Positions 55,162-64,000 are shown, counted from the stretch's first letter. The stretch is 64,000 nucleotides of DNA from Kiloniellales bacterium (GCA_030064845.1 JASJEC010000005.1:61451-125450), one strand, 5' to 3'. Program-made: numbers and translations. The notes: generated from the sequence alone by a model not told the origin.

Positions 55162-55998
55162 ATGACAGACTTCGCTCAACGTTTCGAAGGTGCCGCCTTG
55201 ATCACAGGCGCGTCGAGCGGCATCGGCGCCGCCCTGGCGCGCTCCTTGGCGTCCCGCGGTATGGATCTCGTGCTCGTTGCGCGGCGCGAAAGCCGCCTTC
55301 AGGCGCTGGCGGAGGAGGTGAGCCGGACGCACAGCGTCAGGACGCATCTCGTCGTTCAGGACCTGTTCGACCCCGAGGCGCCCCGCGCGATCCGCGCTTC
55401 CGCCGAGGGAGCAGGGCTGCAGGTCGGCCTGCTGGTGAACAACGCCGGGTTCACCACCTACGGCGCCTTCCACGAAGCCGAGCACGACAGCCAGGGGCGC
55501 ATCATCGGCCTGCACTGCGGCGTTCCGGTCGCGCTGACCGAGGCCTTCCTGCCGGGCATGGTCGCGCGCCGACGCGGCGGCGTCATCTTCGTCGCCAGCA
55601 TGGCCGGCTTTCAGCCGACGCCCTACATGGCGACCTACGGTGCGAGCAAGGCCTTCCTGCTTAGCCTGTCCGAAGCGCTGTGGGCCGAGCTGCGGCCCCA
55701 GGGGATCGACGTCCTCGCGCTCTGTCCCGGCTATGTCGCGACGGAGTTCCACGACCTGGCGGGTACCCAGGATCTGCCCAGCCCCCAGGCCCTGTCGGCG
55801 GAGGCGATCGCGGAACGGGCCCTGCAAGCCCTGGGCCGCCACCCCTCGCTGGTTCCGGGCCTGCTCAATGCCCTGGTCGCGGGCAGCGTGCGGTTCCTGC
55901 CGCGGCGATGGGTCGCGGCCATGGCTGCCCGCAGCCTGGCGCCGAAGCCGGCCCCTGCGCTCACCGAAGCGGCCGACACGGAAGGAAGCACGCTATGA
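55162..55998 (+). CDS. Short-chain dehydrogenase/reductase
   Basis: ALITGASSGIGAALAR, NNAG and YGASK (YxxxK). Confidence 0.85.
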   Translation: MTDFAQRFEGAALITGASSGIGAALARSLASRGMDLVLVARRESRLQALAEEVSRTHSVRTHLVVQDLFDPEAPRAIRASAEGAGLQVGLLVNNAGFTTYGAFHEAEHDSQGRIIGLHCGVPVALTEAFLPGMVARRRGGVIFVASMAGFQPTPYMATYGASKAFLLSLSEALWAELRPQGIDVLALCPGYVATEFHDLAGTQDLPSPQALSAEAIAERALQALGRHPSLVPGLLNALVAGSVRFLPRRWVAAMAARSLAPKPAPALTEAADTEGSTL

Positions 55999-56657
55999 CG
56001 GCGGACCGTCCGGACCACTCCGCGCGCCCGGACCCCTTCGCCCGGGACGTCGCGCGCATGCTGATCGTCTTCTTCGCCGTCCTGCTGATCGATCTCCTGG
56101 TGCTGTCCTTCTTCACCGGCAAGCTGCGCTTCTGGTTCCCGGTCTGGCTCGATCCGGCCTGGGCGGAGAACCCCCGCTCCTGGGTGATCTACTCCCAGTC
56201 CTACATGGCGGGCATCGCCTTCATTCCCTTCCTGGTCTTCATCCTCGACCGCGATTTTCTGGCCGGCCGGCGGGCCGCCCTGAGAGCCACGGTGTGGACC
56301 GTCTCGCTGGGTACCCTCGGGTTCATCGGCTGGTGGAAGGGCGGCCTGATGGTCGCCCACGGCAAGGAGTTCGAGGCGGTCGGCTGGATCGCCATGACGG
56401 TGCTGCTCTTCGCGCTGGTGCGCGTCGCCGAGGTGCTGCCCGCCCGCATTGCCCGGCTCGGCCGGCGCGAGTTGTTGCGCGGCCTGGTTTTCGGGATTTC
56501 CTGCTTCTTCCTGTTCATGGCCGTGCTCGACCCGCTCATGCAGATCGTGGTCCAGGGCATGGCGTGGAGCAGCGGCCTGATCATCGAGATCGGCTTCTTC
56601 GTACCCGCGGGCATTGGCCTCTTGCTGCTGTCCCAGCGGCTGAGAATGGCGGCTTGA
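55995..56657 (+). CDS. Polytopic membrane protein of unknown function
   Basis: 220 aa, about 6 hydrophobic segments; ATGA overlap with the SDR stop; followed 4 nt later by the MDR gene. Confidence 0.6.
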   Translation: MTADRPDHSARPDPFARDVARMLIVFFAVLLIDLLVLSFFTGKLRFWFPVWLDPAWAENPRSWVIYSQSYMAGIAFIPFLVFILDRDFLAGRRAALRATVWTVSLGTLGFIGWWKGGLMVAHGKEFEAVGWIAMTVLLFALVRVAEVLPARIARLGRRELLRGLVFGISCFFLFMAVLDPLMQIVVQGMAWSSGLIIEIGFFVPAGIGLLLLSQRLRMAA

Positions 56658-56661
56658 CCCC

Positions 56662-57882
56662 GTGAAGGCGCTGACCTTTCAGTTCAGTTACGCGCGCCTC
56701 GCGGCCGCCAAGCTGCTCGGCCGGATCTCGCCGCGCGGCCACTTGAGCGAGTTCGGGCCGCTCGCCTACCGCGACGTGCCCGATCCGGGGCTGTTCGGCG
56801 ACGACTGGGTGATCGTCGAGACCAGCTACTGCGGCATCTGCGGTTCCGACCTGAAGCAGGTCTTCCTAGAAGGCGCCATGGACAATCCCCTGACCTCGTT
56901 CATCTCCTTTCCCCATGTCATGGGGCACGAGGTGGCCGGCCGGGTGGTCGAGACCGGACGAGCGGTCCGCAACGTCAGGAAGGGCGACCGGGTCATCTGC
57001 TATCCCTGGCTGACCTGCGCGGTGCGCAACCTTGAACTGTGCGACGCCTGCGAGCGCCAGGAGTTCACCTTCTGCGAGAGCTTCGCCAGTCCGGAACTCG
57101 GCAAAGGCATGCACTACGGGACATCGAGCAGGGTTTCGGGCGGCTTCGCGCCCTACCTGCCGGCCCACGAGTCGATGTGCTTCGTGATCCCGGACGGCGT
57201 CGATTGCAGCAGCGCGGCCCTGGCCGACCCCTTTGCCGTGGCCTTCCACGCGCTGATGAAGTCGCCGCCGCGACGAGGCGAGACCGTGGTCGTGTTCGGC
57301 TGCGGCGCGCTGGGGCTGTTCCTGATCCACATTTGCCGGCAACTGTTTCCCGACGTAAGGATCATCGCCGTCGATCTGCACGCCTACCTGGGGCCGATCG
57401 TCGAGCGCCTGGGTGCGGATCACTTCACGACCGCCTCCGGCGCGGCGCTGACCGAACTGATCGGGGAGTGGACCAAGTCGAGGGTCCATCGTCCGACCTG
57501 GGGGGCGCCCTGGCTGCTCGGCGGCGTCGACCACGTCTACGATACGGTGGGCTCGGCCAGGACCCTGGAAACCAACCTCCGCCTGGTCCGCGCCGGCGGC
57601 ACCATCGTCATGGTCGGTACCGGCACCCCGGCCCGCTTCGAGTGGACACCGCTCTGCTTCAAGGAAGTGCACCTGATCGGCTCGAGCGGCTACGGCATCG
57701 AGCGCTTCGAGGGCGCCGAGGAGCATGTGTTCCCGCTCTACCTGCGCCTCCTGCAGAGGGGACGGATTGATCCCGGGCCCCTGATCTCCCACACCTTCCC
57801 GCTCCAGCACTACAAGGACGCCTTCCTGACCGCGCGCGACAAGTCGGCCAACAACTCCATGAAGGTGCTGTTCTCTTTCTAG
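56662..57882 (+). CDS. Zinc-type medium-chain dehydrogenase/reductase
   Basis: CGICGSDL, GHEVAGRV and GCGALGLFLI Rossmann motif; GTG start. Confidence 0.8.
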   Translation: MKALTFQFSYARLAAAKLLGRISPRGHLSEFGPLAYRDVPDPGLFGDDWVIVETSYCGICGSDLKQVFLEGAMDNPLTSFISFPHVMGHEVAGRVVETGRAVRNVRKGDRVICYPWLTCAVRNLELCDACERQEFTFCESFASPELGKGMHYGTSSRVSGGFAPYLPAHESMCFVIPDGVDCSSAALADPFAVAFHALMKSPPRRGETVVVFGCGALGLFLIHICRQLFPDVRIIAVDLHAYLGPIVERLGADHFTTASGAALTELIGEWTKSRVHRPTWGAPWLLGGVDHVYDTVGSARTLETNLRLVRAGGTIVMVGTGTPARFEWTPLCFKEVHLIGSSGYGIERFEGAEEHVFPLYLRLLQRGRIDPGPLISHTFPLQHYKDAFLTARDKSANNSMKVLFSF

Positions 57883-58065
57883 ATCCGGTCGCGCGCCGCC
57901 CGGTGCCATGGCGTAGAGTCGGCTCGACGCCCCTATTCTGGCCCGGCGCGAAGACGCCAGGCCGGACAATCCGCTGCATAGTATTTGCGCTCCCGGTGGC
58001 ATTTCGCACCGCGAGCCCGCTTGACGTGCGCTCCTCTGAGCTGAATTCTAGTATAGGGAGCAGCA

Positions 58066-61000
58066 ATGGCAGAGCGTGGCGATATTCGGCAGTGGCTCGA
58101 TCTGCTGGAACTTGGCCGATATGCGCAGGCATTCGAAGCCAACGACGTCGATCTGCGCGCGGTTGCCTACCTCAGCGACGATGACCTGAAGGAACTCGGC
58201 GTTTCCCTGGGCCACCGGCGGGTGATCCTCGCGGCGATCGCGAAGCTGCCGAAGGAAGAGGTGACGGCGCCGCCTGCGGAGCCGCTATCCCGGGCGCCGC
58301 GCGAACGGCCGCAAGAGGCGGACGCGGAAAGGCGGCAACTCACGGTCCTGTTCTGCGACCTGGTGGGTTCCACGGAGCTGTCGAGGCGCTTCGACCCGGA
58401 GGACATGAGAGAGGTCCTTCGAGTCTACCAGAACGCCGTGACCAGTGCCGTGGTGCGCTACGAAGGCTATGTGGCCCGGTTCCTCGGGGATGGCGTGCTG
58501 GCATACTTCGGCTGGCCTCGGGCCTACGAGGATCAGGCGGAGCGGGCGGTCCGCGGCGGGCTCGACGCGGTCGCCGCGGTCCACGAGATTGTCGTCGGTG
58601 AAGGCGAGACACTGAAGGCGAGGGTCGGCATCGCGACGGGGCAGGTGGTGGTCGGCGACCTGATCGGCGATATCGCCTCCGACGAGCAGACGGTCGTCGG
58701 GCAAACCCCCAACCTGGCCGCCCGGCTCCAGGGCGTGGCCGAGTCGGGGCAGGTGGTGATCAGCGCCTCGACGCGCGACCTCCTGGGCACGGTCTTCGAG
58801 CTGGACGATCTGGGACCGCACAGCCTGAAGGGCTTTCCCGACCCGGTTCCGGCTTGGCGCGTGACCGGTGAGCGTGCCGCCGAGAGCCGCTTCGAGGCGA
58901 CCTACGGCGACGTCCAGACACGACTTGTCGGCCGTGAGCACGAGCTCGGCCTGCTGCGTGAACGCTGGGAGCTCGCCAAGAGCGGCGAAGGGCAGGTGGT
59001 CCTGCTCTCAGGCGAGGCGGGGATCGGCAAGTCGCGCTTGCTGCAGGATTTCAAGCGGCGCGTCGGCGAGGGGCCGTTGGTCAACCTCTACTACCAGTGC
59101 TCGCCCCACCACACGAACAGCGCGTTTCACCCGGTGATACAGCGGCTGCGCCGCGCCGCCGCCATCACGCGCGAGGACGCCGCCGCCGCCCAGTTGAACA
59201 AGCTGGAAGACCTGCTGTCCAAAACCGCGCGGGACGTGGCCGCCGTGATGCCGCTCTTCGCCGCGCTCCTGTCGATCCCGGCCGAGGATCGTTTCGGGCC
59301 GCTCGATCTCACGCCGCAGCAGTTCCGGCACCGCGTCATCGAGGCGATGATCGAACAGATCGGGGCCCTTTCCAGGGCCAGGCCTGTCCTCTTCGTCATG
59401 GAGGACGCGCACTGGGTCGATCCCTCGATGAGCGACTACGTCGCGGAGATCATGCCTCGGATCGTCGACCAGCCGGTCTTCATGCTGATCACCTACCGCC
59501 CGGAGTTTGCGCCGTCCTGGGCCGCCCAGTCGCACCATACCCGGGTGACGCTCAACAAGCTGGGCCGCAAGCAGGCGGCGGAGATCGCCCACGCTGTCGG
59601 CGGCCGCAAGCTGGTGGACGCGATCATCGAGCGCATCGTGGTGCGGGCCGACGGCGTGCCGCTCTACGTCGAGGAACTGACGAAGTCGGTCGTCGAGAGC
59701 TATCTCAGCAAGGACGACCGGGCCGCCGAGGCCGCTATTCCCGCGTCGCTGCAGTCTTCCCTGGTGGCCCGGCTCGACCGCCTGGACGACGCCAAGGAGA
59801 TCGCGCAGGTCGGCGCGGTGATCGGGCGGGAGTTCTCCCACCTTCTGCTGGCCGCCCTCCTGAACAGGAGCGAGGAGGACCTCGAGGCAGCGCTAGAGCG
59901 CCTGGTCGCCTCGGGCCTGGTGTTCAGGCGCGGGATCCCGCCGGGGGCGATCTACACCTTCAAGCACGCGCTGGTGCAGGACGCCGCCTACGATACCATC
60001 CTGATCAGCCGCCGCCGGAAGCTCCACGCCTTGATCGTGGAGATCCTCGAGTCGCGTATCGACAGCCCCCTTTCGGAGCGGATCGATCTGCTGGCGCACC
60101 ACGCCTATCAGGGCCAGGTCTGGGACAAGGCCCTTCTCTACCTGGAGCTTGCCGGCAACAGGGCGATGGACCGCGCCGCCGTGCGGGAAGCCGTCGCGCT
60201 CTACGAACAGGCGCTTTTGGCCGGCGCTCATCTGCCTCAGACCCGCGAGGCCCTGGCCAAAGGCATCGACCTGCGCTTCCAGCTGCGCAACGCGCTCTGG
60301 TCGATCGGCGCCTTCGAGCGGATCCTGCCCCATCTGCGCGACGCCGAGCAGATGGCGGGCAAGCTCAACGGCCCGCGCCGGATCGGCTGGGCCTCGGTCT
60401 ACCGGAGCGCCAGCCTCTGGCAGTTGGGCCGCATGGCCGACGCGCGCACCGCTGCGGAGCGGGCGCTGGCGATCAACGAGGGCCCGAACGACCTCTCGCT
60501 CCAGATCGGCGCCACCTTCTACCTGGCCTGCGCAACGGTGACCTCGGGCGACTGCCGGCGCGCCGAGGCCCTGTTCCAGAGCGTGGTCGATCCACTTGTG
60601 GGCGACCTCAGCCGTGATCGCTGCGGCTTGCCGTTCGTCCCGGCCGTGGTCGCGCGCTCCTGGCTGGTCTGGGCCCTGGCCGAGCGCGGCGAGTTCGAGG
60701 AGGGGCTGGCGCACGCAGACGTCGCGCTGGCAATCGCAGAGGAGGTCGGGCATCCCTTCAACCTGGCGCACATCTACTACGACCTCGGCTACCTCTATGC
60801 CGTGAGGGGCGACTTCGACCGGGCCGTCGCCACGCTCGAGCAGGCCAGCGCCATCATCCGCGAATGGAACCTCAGCTATCTCTCGCCCTTCATCACCGGC
60901 TTTCTCGGGCACGCCTGCGCGCTCGCCGGCAATACCGAGCGGGGCATTGCCCTACTCGAGCAGGCGCTCAGCGAGTACGAGTCGATCGGCATGGGGCTGT

Positions 61001-61392
61001 TCCGCTCGCTGGTCGGCATCCAGCTCGGCGAGGCGCTGCTGCTCGACGGTCGGGCGGAGGCGGCCGCCAAGGCGACCGAGCGGGGCCTGGCCCTGGCCCG
61101 CCGGCGCTCCGAGCTGGGCCACCAGACCTACGGGCTCCGGGTGCTGGGCGAGGTCGCGCTGCATCCGGACATTGCGGAACCGGACGCGGCCAGAGAGCAT
61201 TTCGAGACGGCCCTGGGCGTTGCCGAGCTGAGCGGCATGCGGCCGCTGGTCGCGCACTGCCACAGCGGGCTGGCGCGGCTGCATGGCCAAGCCGGGCGCG
61301 CCGGAGAGTCCACCGAGCATGCCACTCAGGCCGATGCGATCTACACGGAGCTGGACATGCGCGCCTGGCCTCTCCGGGCTGCCGGCGAGTAG
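58066..61392 (+). CDS. SAM-domain / class III nucleotidyl cyclase / STAND (AAA_16-like) ATPase / TPR signalling protein
   Basis: N-terminus IRQWLDLLELGRYAQAFEANDVDLRAVAYLSDDDLKELGVSLGHRRVILAAIAKL (SAM). Cyclase motifs VLFCDLVGST, FLGDGVLAYF and TPNLAARLQ. Walker A LLSGEAGIGKSRL and Walker B VLFVMEDAHWVD. C-terminal TPR-like helices. Confidence 0.8.
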   Translation: MAERGDIRQWLDLLELGRYAQAFEANDVDLRAVAYLSDDDLKELGVSLGHRRVILAAIAKLPKEEVTAPPAEPLSRAPRERPQEADAERRQLTVLFCDLVGSTELSRRFDPEDMREVLRVYQNAVTSAVVRYEGYVARFLGDGVLAYFGWPRAYEDQAERAVRGGLDAVAAVHEIVVGEGETLKARVGIATGQVVVGDLIGDIASDEQTVVGQTPNLAARLQGVAESGQVVISASTRDLLGTVFELDDLGPHSLKGFPDPVPAWRVTGERAAESRFEATYGDVQTRLVGREHELGLLRERWELAKSGEGQVVLLSGEAGIGKSRLLQDFKRRVGEGPLVNLYYQCSPHHTNSAFHPVIQRLRRAAAITREDAAAAQLNKLEDLLSKTARDVAAVMPLFAALLSIPAEDRFGPLDLTPQQFRHRVIEAMIEQIGALSRARPVLFVMEDAHWVDPSMSDYVAEIMPRIVDQPVFMLITYRPEFAPSWAAQSHHTRVTLNKLGRKQAAEIAHAVGGRKLVDAIIERIVVRADGVPLYVEELTKSVVESYLSKDDRAAEAAIPASLQSSLVARLDRLDDAKEIAQVGAVIGREFSHLLLAALLNRSEEDLEAALERLVASGLVFRRGIPPGAIYTFKHALVQDAAYDTILISRRRKLHALIVEILESRIDSPLSERIDLLAHHAYQGQVWDKALLYLELAGNRAMDRAAVREAVALYEQALLAGAHLPQTREALAKGIDLRFQLRNALWSIGAFERILPHLRDAEQMAGKLNGPRRIGWASVYRSASLWQLGRMADARTAAERALAINEGPNDLSLQIGATFYLACATVTSGDCRRAEALFQSVVDPLVGDLSRDRCGLPFVPAVVARSWLVWALAERGEFEEGLAHADVALAIAEEVGHPFNLAHIYYDLGYLYAVRGDFDRAVATLEQASAIIREWNLSYLSPFITGFLGHACALAGNTERGIALLEQALSEYESIGMGLFRSLVGIQLGEALLLDGRAEAAAKATERGLALARRRSELGHQTYGLRVLGEVALHPDIAEPDAAREHFETALGVAELSGMRPLVAHCHSGLARLHGQAGRAGESTEHATQADAIYTELDMRAWPLRAAGE

Positions 61393-61408
61393 CCCGTAAC
61401 GTCCCCTG

Positions 61409-62593
61409 CTAGACGGGTGCAGCCTCGTGGAAGGGCTTCTCGATCAGGCTGCGGTTCAGCTCGAGGCCGCGCAGCACCTCGACCATGCGTTCGGCGGCGC
61501 GGCCGTCGCCGTAGGGGTTGCTCAGCTGCTGCAGGCCGTCGCGGAAGTCCGGGTCGGTCGCCCGCGCGATGCCAGCCGCGATGTCGGCCGCCGTATCGCC
61601 GACATGGATCACGTTCTCCGGCGCGAAGCGGCCGTCCTGGCGGGAACCGATGTTGACCACGGGCAGGCGGAACGAGGCGGCTTCGATGATGCCGCTGGAG
61701 GAGTTGCCGACCATGGCCGCCGCCTGTGCCATCATGCTGAAGTAGGCCTGGCTGCCGAAGTGGGCGACCCGGTAGGCGCGTGGCCGCGCTTCGACGAAGG
61801 CCTCGATCATGGCCATCACCCGCCGGCCCTCGGTATCGGCGTTGGGGGCGGTGAAGACGAGAGGACGGCCGGCCTTGTCGAGCGCCTGCAGCAGGGCCGT
61901 CACGTGGGCTTCGGTGTCGTGATAGGCGCGGGTGACCGGATGAAAGGTGACCAGCAGCGGCGGGTCGTCGGGTGTCAGGGCGAGGCCGAAGCGTTGGTTG
62001 AGCGCGTCCAGGGAGAGGGGTTCGAGCGTGGCCAGGTTGTCCAGGTTGAGCGAGCCGGTCACGTGGATGCGGTTCGGCGGCTCGCCCATCTGCCGGATGC
62101 GGGCGGCGTAGACTTCGATCTCGGGGAAATGCAGGCTCGCGAGCTTGGTCATGGAGTGGCGCAGGGAATCGTCGATCGCGCCGCCGGTCAGGGCGCCGCC
62201 GGCGATGTGCGCCACCGGGATCAGGAAGGGCTGGGCCGCGACCGCGGCGGCGTGCATCTCGAAGCGGTCGCCGAGCACGACCAGGATGTCCGGCCGCAGC
62301 GTCTCCAGGGCCTGGGCGAAGCCGATCGTGCCGAGGCCCATGGCGCGGGCCAGGGTGCCGGGCCGGTCGCCGGCGAGGCAGCAGTCGACCTCGGCCGCCG
62401 GCTGGAACCCGTCGGCCAGGATCTCGGCACGGGTGTCGCCGAACTCCGGCGCCAGGTGCATCCCCGCGACGATTAGCTGCAGCGTCAGGTCGGGCGCCGT
62501 CTCGAGGCGCCGGAGCAGCGGCCGGTAGATCCCGTAGTCGGAGCGGGCGACGGTGACGACGGCGATCTTCCGGGCGGGCGGGGCGGCGGTCAT
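61409..62593 (-). CDS. neuC: Hydrolysing UDP/GDP-HexNAc 2-epimerase, NeuC/LegG type
   Basis: KIAVVTVARSDYGIYRPLL..., VLGDRFE and HIAGG motifs; ATGA overlap with the neuB-like gene. Confidence 0.8.
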   Translation of the reverse strand: MTAAPPARKIAVVTVARSDYGIYRPLLRRLETAPDLTLQLIVAGMHLAPEFGDTRAEILADGFQPAAEVDCCLAGDRPGTLARAMGLGTIGFAQALETLRPDILVVLGDRFEMHAAAVAAQPFLIPVAHIAGGALTGGAIDDSLRHSMTKLASLHFPEIEVYAARIRQMGEPPNRIHVTGSLNLDNLATLEPLSLDALNQRFGLALTPDDPPLLVTFHPVTRAYHDTEAHVTALLQALDKAGRPLVFTAPNADTEGRRVMAMIEAFVEARPRAYRVAHFGSQAYFSMMAQAAAMVGNSSSGIIEAASFRLPVVNIGSRQDGRFAPENVIHVGDTAADIAAGIARATDPDFRDGLQQLSNPYGDGRAAERMVEVLRGLELNRSLIEKPFHEAAPV

Positions 62594-63636
62594 GCCAGAT
62601 CCGTCCAGAGCAGCATGGATCCGGCCGGCAAGTCGCGCGCCGCGCGGCGGCCCGCGACCTCCTCCAGGGCGTAGGGCTCTATGCCGCCGGCGGGGCGCAG
62701 GGCGACGATGTTGGCGGCCTCGATGCCCTGGCCCGCCGAAACCGGCTCGCGCAGGAAGAGGCTGCGCCGCGCCACCGCCGCGGTGTCGGCCTCGGCCGGC
62801 CGCGGCGCCTTCACCCCGTCGCCGAGGGCGGCCTCGACCCGCCGGATGCCGGCGACCAGGGCCGCCAGCTCTTGGGGATCGAGCGAGGCCTGGTGGTCCG
62901 GGCCGGCGAGAGCCTTGTCGAGCGTGAAGTGCTTCTCGATCACGGCGGCGCCCAGCGCGACCGCGGCAAGGGCGATGTCGATTCCCGTCGAGTGGTCGGA
63001 GAAACCGACTGGCAGGCCGAAGGCTTCGCGCATGGTCGCCATGGCGCGCAGGTTGCAGTCCGCCGGTTCGGCCGGGTAGCTCGAGACGCAGTGCAGTAGC
63101 GCCAGAGCGGGGCAGCCCGCCCCGCGGAGGGTCTCGACCGCGCGCGACACCTCGGCAAGATCGGCCATGCCGGTCGAGAGAATGACCGGCCGGCCCCGCC
63201 GGCCGATCTCCGCGAGGAGCGGCAGATTGGTGATCTCGCCCGACGGCGCCTTGTAGGCCGGCACGCCGATGTCGCTGAGCAGTTCAACACTGGGCTGGTC
63301 GAACGGCGTCGACAGGAACGCGATGCCCGCCGCCGCGCAGCGGTCGGCGAGCGCGTGGAACTCGGACGGCGCCAGTTCCAGCCGGCGGATCATGTCGAGC
63401 TGGCTTTCCTCCACGCCGGTGGTGCGTTGCTGGTAGGCGGCTTTCGGCGCGCCGGCCGAGATCACGGCCTCGGCGCGGAAGGTCTGGAACTTGATCGCGT
63501 CGGCGCCGGCCTCGGCCGCGATATCGACCATTGCGGCGGCCCGCTCGGGGTCGCCGTCGTGGTTGACCCCGGCCTCGGCGATGACGAAGCAGCGGCCTTC
63601 GCCGATCACCTGCGGACCGATCGAAAAGGAAGTCAT
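62590..63636 (-). CDS. neuB: Nonulosonic acid synthase, NeuB/LegI/PseI type
   Basis: FVIAEAGVNHDGD...AIKFQTF, the SDHS region GFSDHSTG, and a C-terminal SAF domain. ATG 63636 with AGGAG SD. Confidence 0.85.
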   Translation of the reverse strand: MTSFSIGPQVIGEGRCFVIAEAGVNHDGDPERAAAMVDIAAEAGADAIKFQTFRAEAVISAGAPKAAYQQRTTGVEESQLDMIRRLELAPSEFHALADRCAAAGIAFLSTPFDQPSVELLSDIGVPAYKAPSGEITNLPLLAEIGRRGRPVILSTGMADLAEVSRAVETLRGAGCPALALLHCVSSYPAEPADCNLRAMATMREAFGLPVGFSDHSTGIDIALAAVALGAAVIEKHFTLDKALAGPDHQASLDPQELAALVAGIRRVEAALGDGVKAPRPAEADTAAVARRSLFLREPVSAGQGIEAANIVALRPAGGIEPYALEEVAGRRAARDLPAGSMLLWTDLA

Positions 63637-63708
63637 GCCGGCGCTGCTCCTGGCGCTGTCGCCTGGGTCCATCGGCGCCCGGCCACCGTGGTCTCGGGCC
63701 CGCGCCAG

Positions 63709-64000
63709 CTAAGCCCCGCGCGTCTTAACACTTCGTGAACCATGTCGGCCGGAGGTGCCGGCCTCGGAAAGCAGACGGCGGTAGCCCTCCTCGAGGGCGC
63801 GGGCGAAACCCGCGACGTCGGCCACCGGCGAGGCGGCCAGCTCGCCGCGCAGCGACGTGCGCAGCCCGGCGAGCGCGTCAGGGTTGGCCACCAGATCGGC
63901 GGCGATTTCGCCCAGGTGCCCGGCGTCCCGGGCGACCCAGGCGTCACGGCCGGCGTGGTGCAGGAGGCTGGCGCCGAGGCGCGTGGCGTGCCGGTCTCCC
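63709..64000 (-). CDS. C-terminal fragment of OGT/SPINDLY-like (GT41-type) glycosyltransferase, FlmG-like candidate (5' end outside window)
   Basis: The frame is open to the window edge: GDRHATRLGASLLHHAGRDAWVARD...LVANPDALAGLRTSLRGELAASPVADVAGFARALEEGYRRLL, the typical C-terminal tail of bacterial TPR-GT41 proteins. Confidence 0.55.
   Translation of the reverse strand, partial: GDRHATRLGASLLHHAGRDAWVARDAGHLGEIAADLVANPDALAGLRTSLRGELAASPVADVAGFARALEEGYRRLLSEAGTSGRHGSRSVKTRGA

Noticed and set aside
57878-57892. ctagatccggtcgcg after the MDR TAG stop, resembling the start of an A unit (ctagagcagatccggg)
   Set aside because: It lacks the GAGCAG core and has no partner arm downstream. It is too short to call a repeat remnant.
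58008-58060. TTGACG ... TAGTAT sigma-70-like promoter upstream of the cyclase gene
   Set aside because: The spacer between the two hexamers is about 22 nt, too long. No better -10 element sits at 17 nt spacing.

Overview
High-G+C window (by eye about two-thirds G+C, with strongly G/C-ending codons). It carries alphaproteobacterial hallmarks: flbD, flaF/flbT, a DUF1153/SciP-type gene and TTAA-N7-TTAA boxes. 0-18.9 kb holds flagellar genes, nearly all on the minus strand. These are fliJ(+); one tightly packed unit fliF-fliG-fliH-fliN-motA-flbD-flhA-flhF-flhG plus a Pro-rich ORF; a sciP-like gene; fliK-flgD-flgE behind a good sigma-54 promoter match; and flbT-flaF followed by an HPr-kinase-like P-loop ORF. 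19.3-24.3 kb is a divergent nucleotide-sugar operon (CBS-nucleotidyltransferase, sugar dehydrogenase, epimerase/dehydratase, DegT aminotransferase), probably making flagellin-glycan precursors. The matching neuC/neuB-like genes and the tail of an OGT/FlmG-like transferase lie 37 kb away at 61.4-64.0 kb. The stretch between looks like ordinary accessory metabolism and transport: two methyltransferases, sbtA/sbtB, nhaA, AraC plus an isochorismatase-like hydrolase, a Tat amidohydrolase, MFP plus MFS, GT2 plus a pentapeptide protein, a Dpp-type ABC transporter, an amidase with two small upstream ORFs, alternative oxidase, an HD protein, LysR plus VOC plus a PNPOx-FNR-ferredoxin fusion, GNAT, DUF3179, an orphan SBP, an SDR-membrane-MDR operon and a SAM-cyclase-STAND-TPR protein. 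I saw no rRNA, tRNA, CRISPR, transposase, integrase or recognisable defence genes. Three kinds of non-genic structure stand out. First, a twin-hairpin repeat family occurs at three loci; its CTAG termini supply the TAG stop codons of three genes, and two copies bracket a 5.5-kb oxidase/redox block in inverted orientation. Second, another palindromic repeat family (2 copies) sits between convergent genes. Third, there are four perfect CtrA-type boxes. I did not find a clear-cut new multi-gene system. The best novelty candidates are the HprK-like gene in the flbT-flaF operon, the CTAG-targeted repeat family, and a zinc-ribbon ORF after the GNAT gene that needs either TGA read-through or a +1 shift. 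All functional calls come from motif recognition by eye; no database search or computation was possible.
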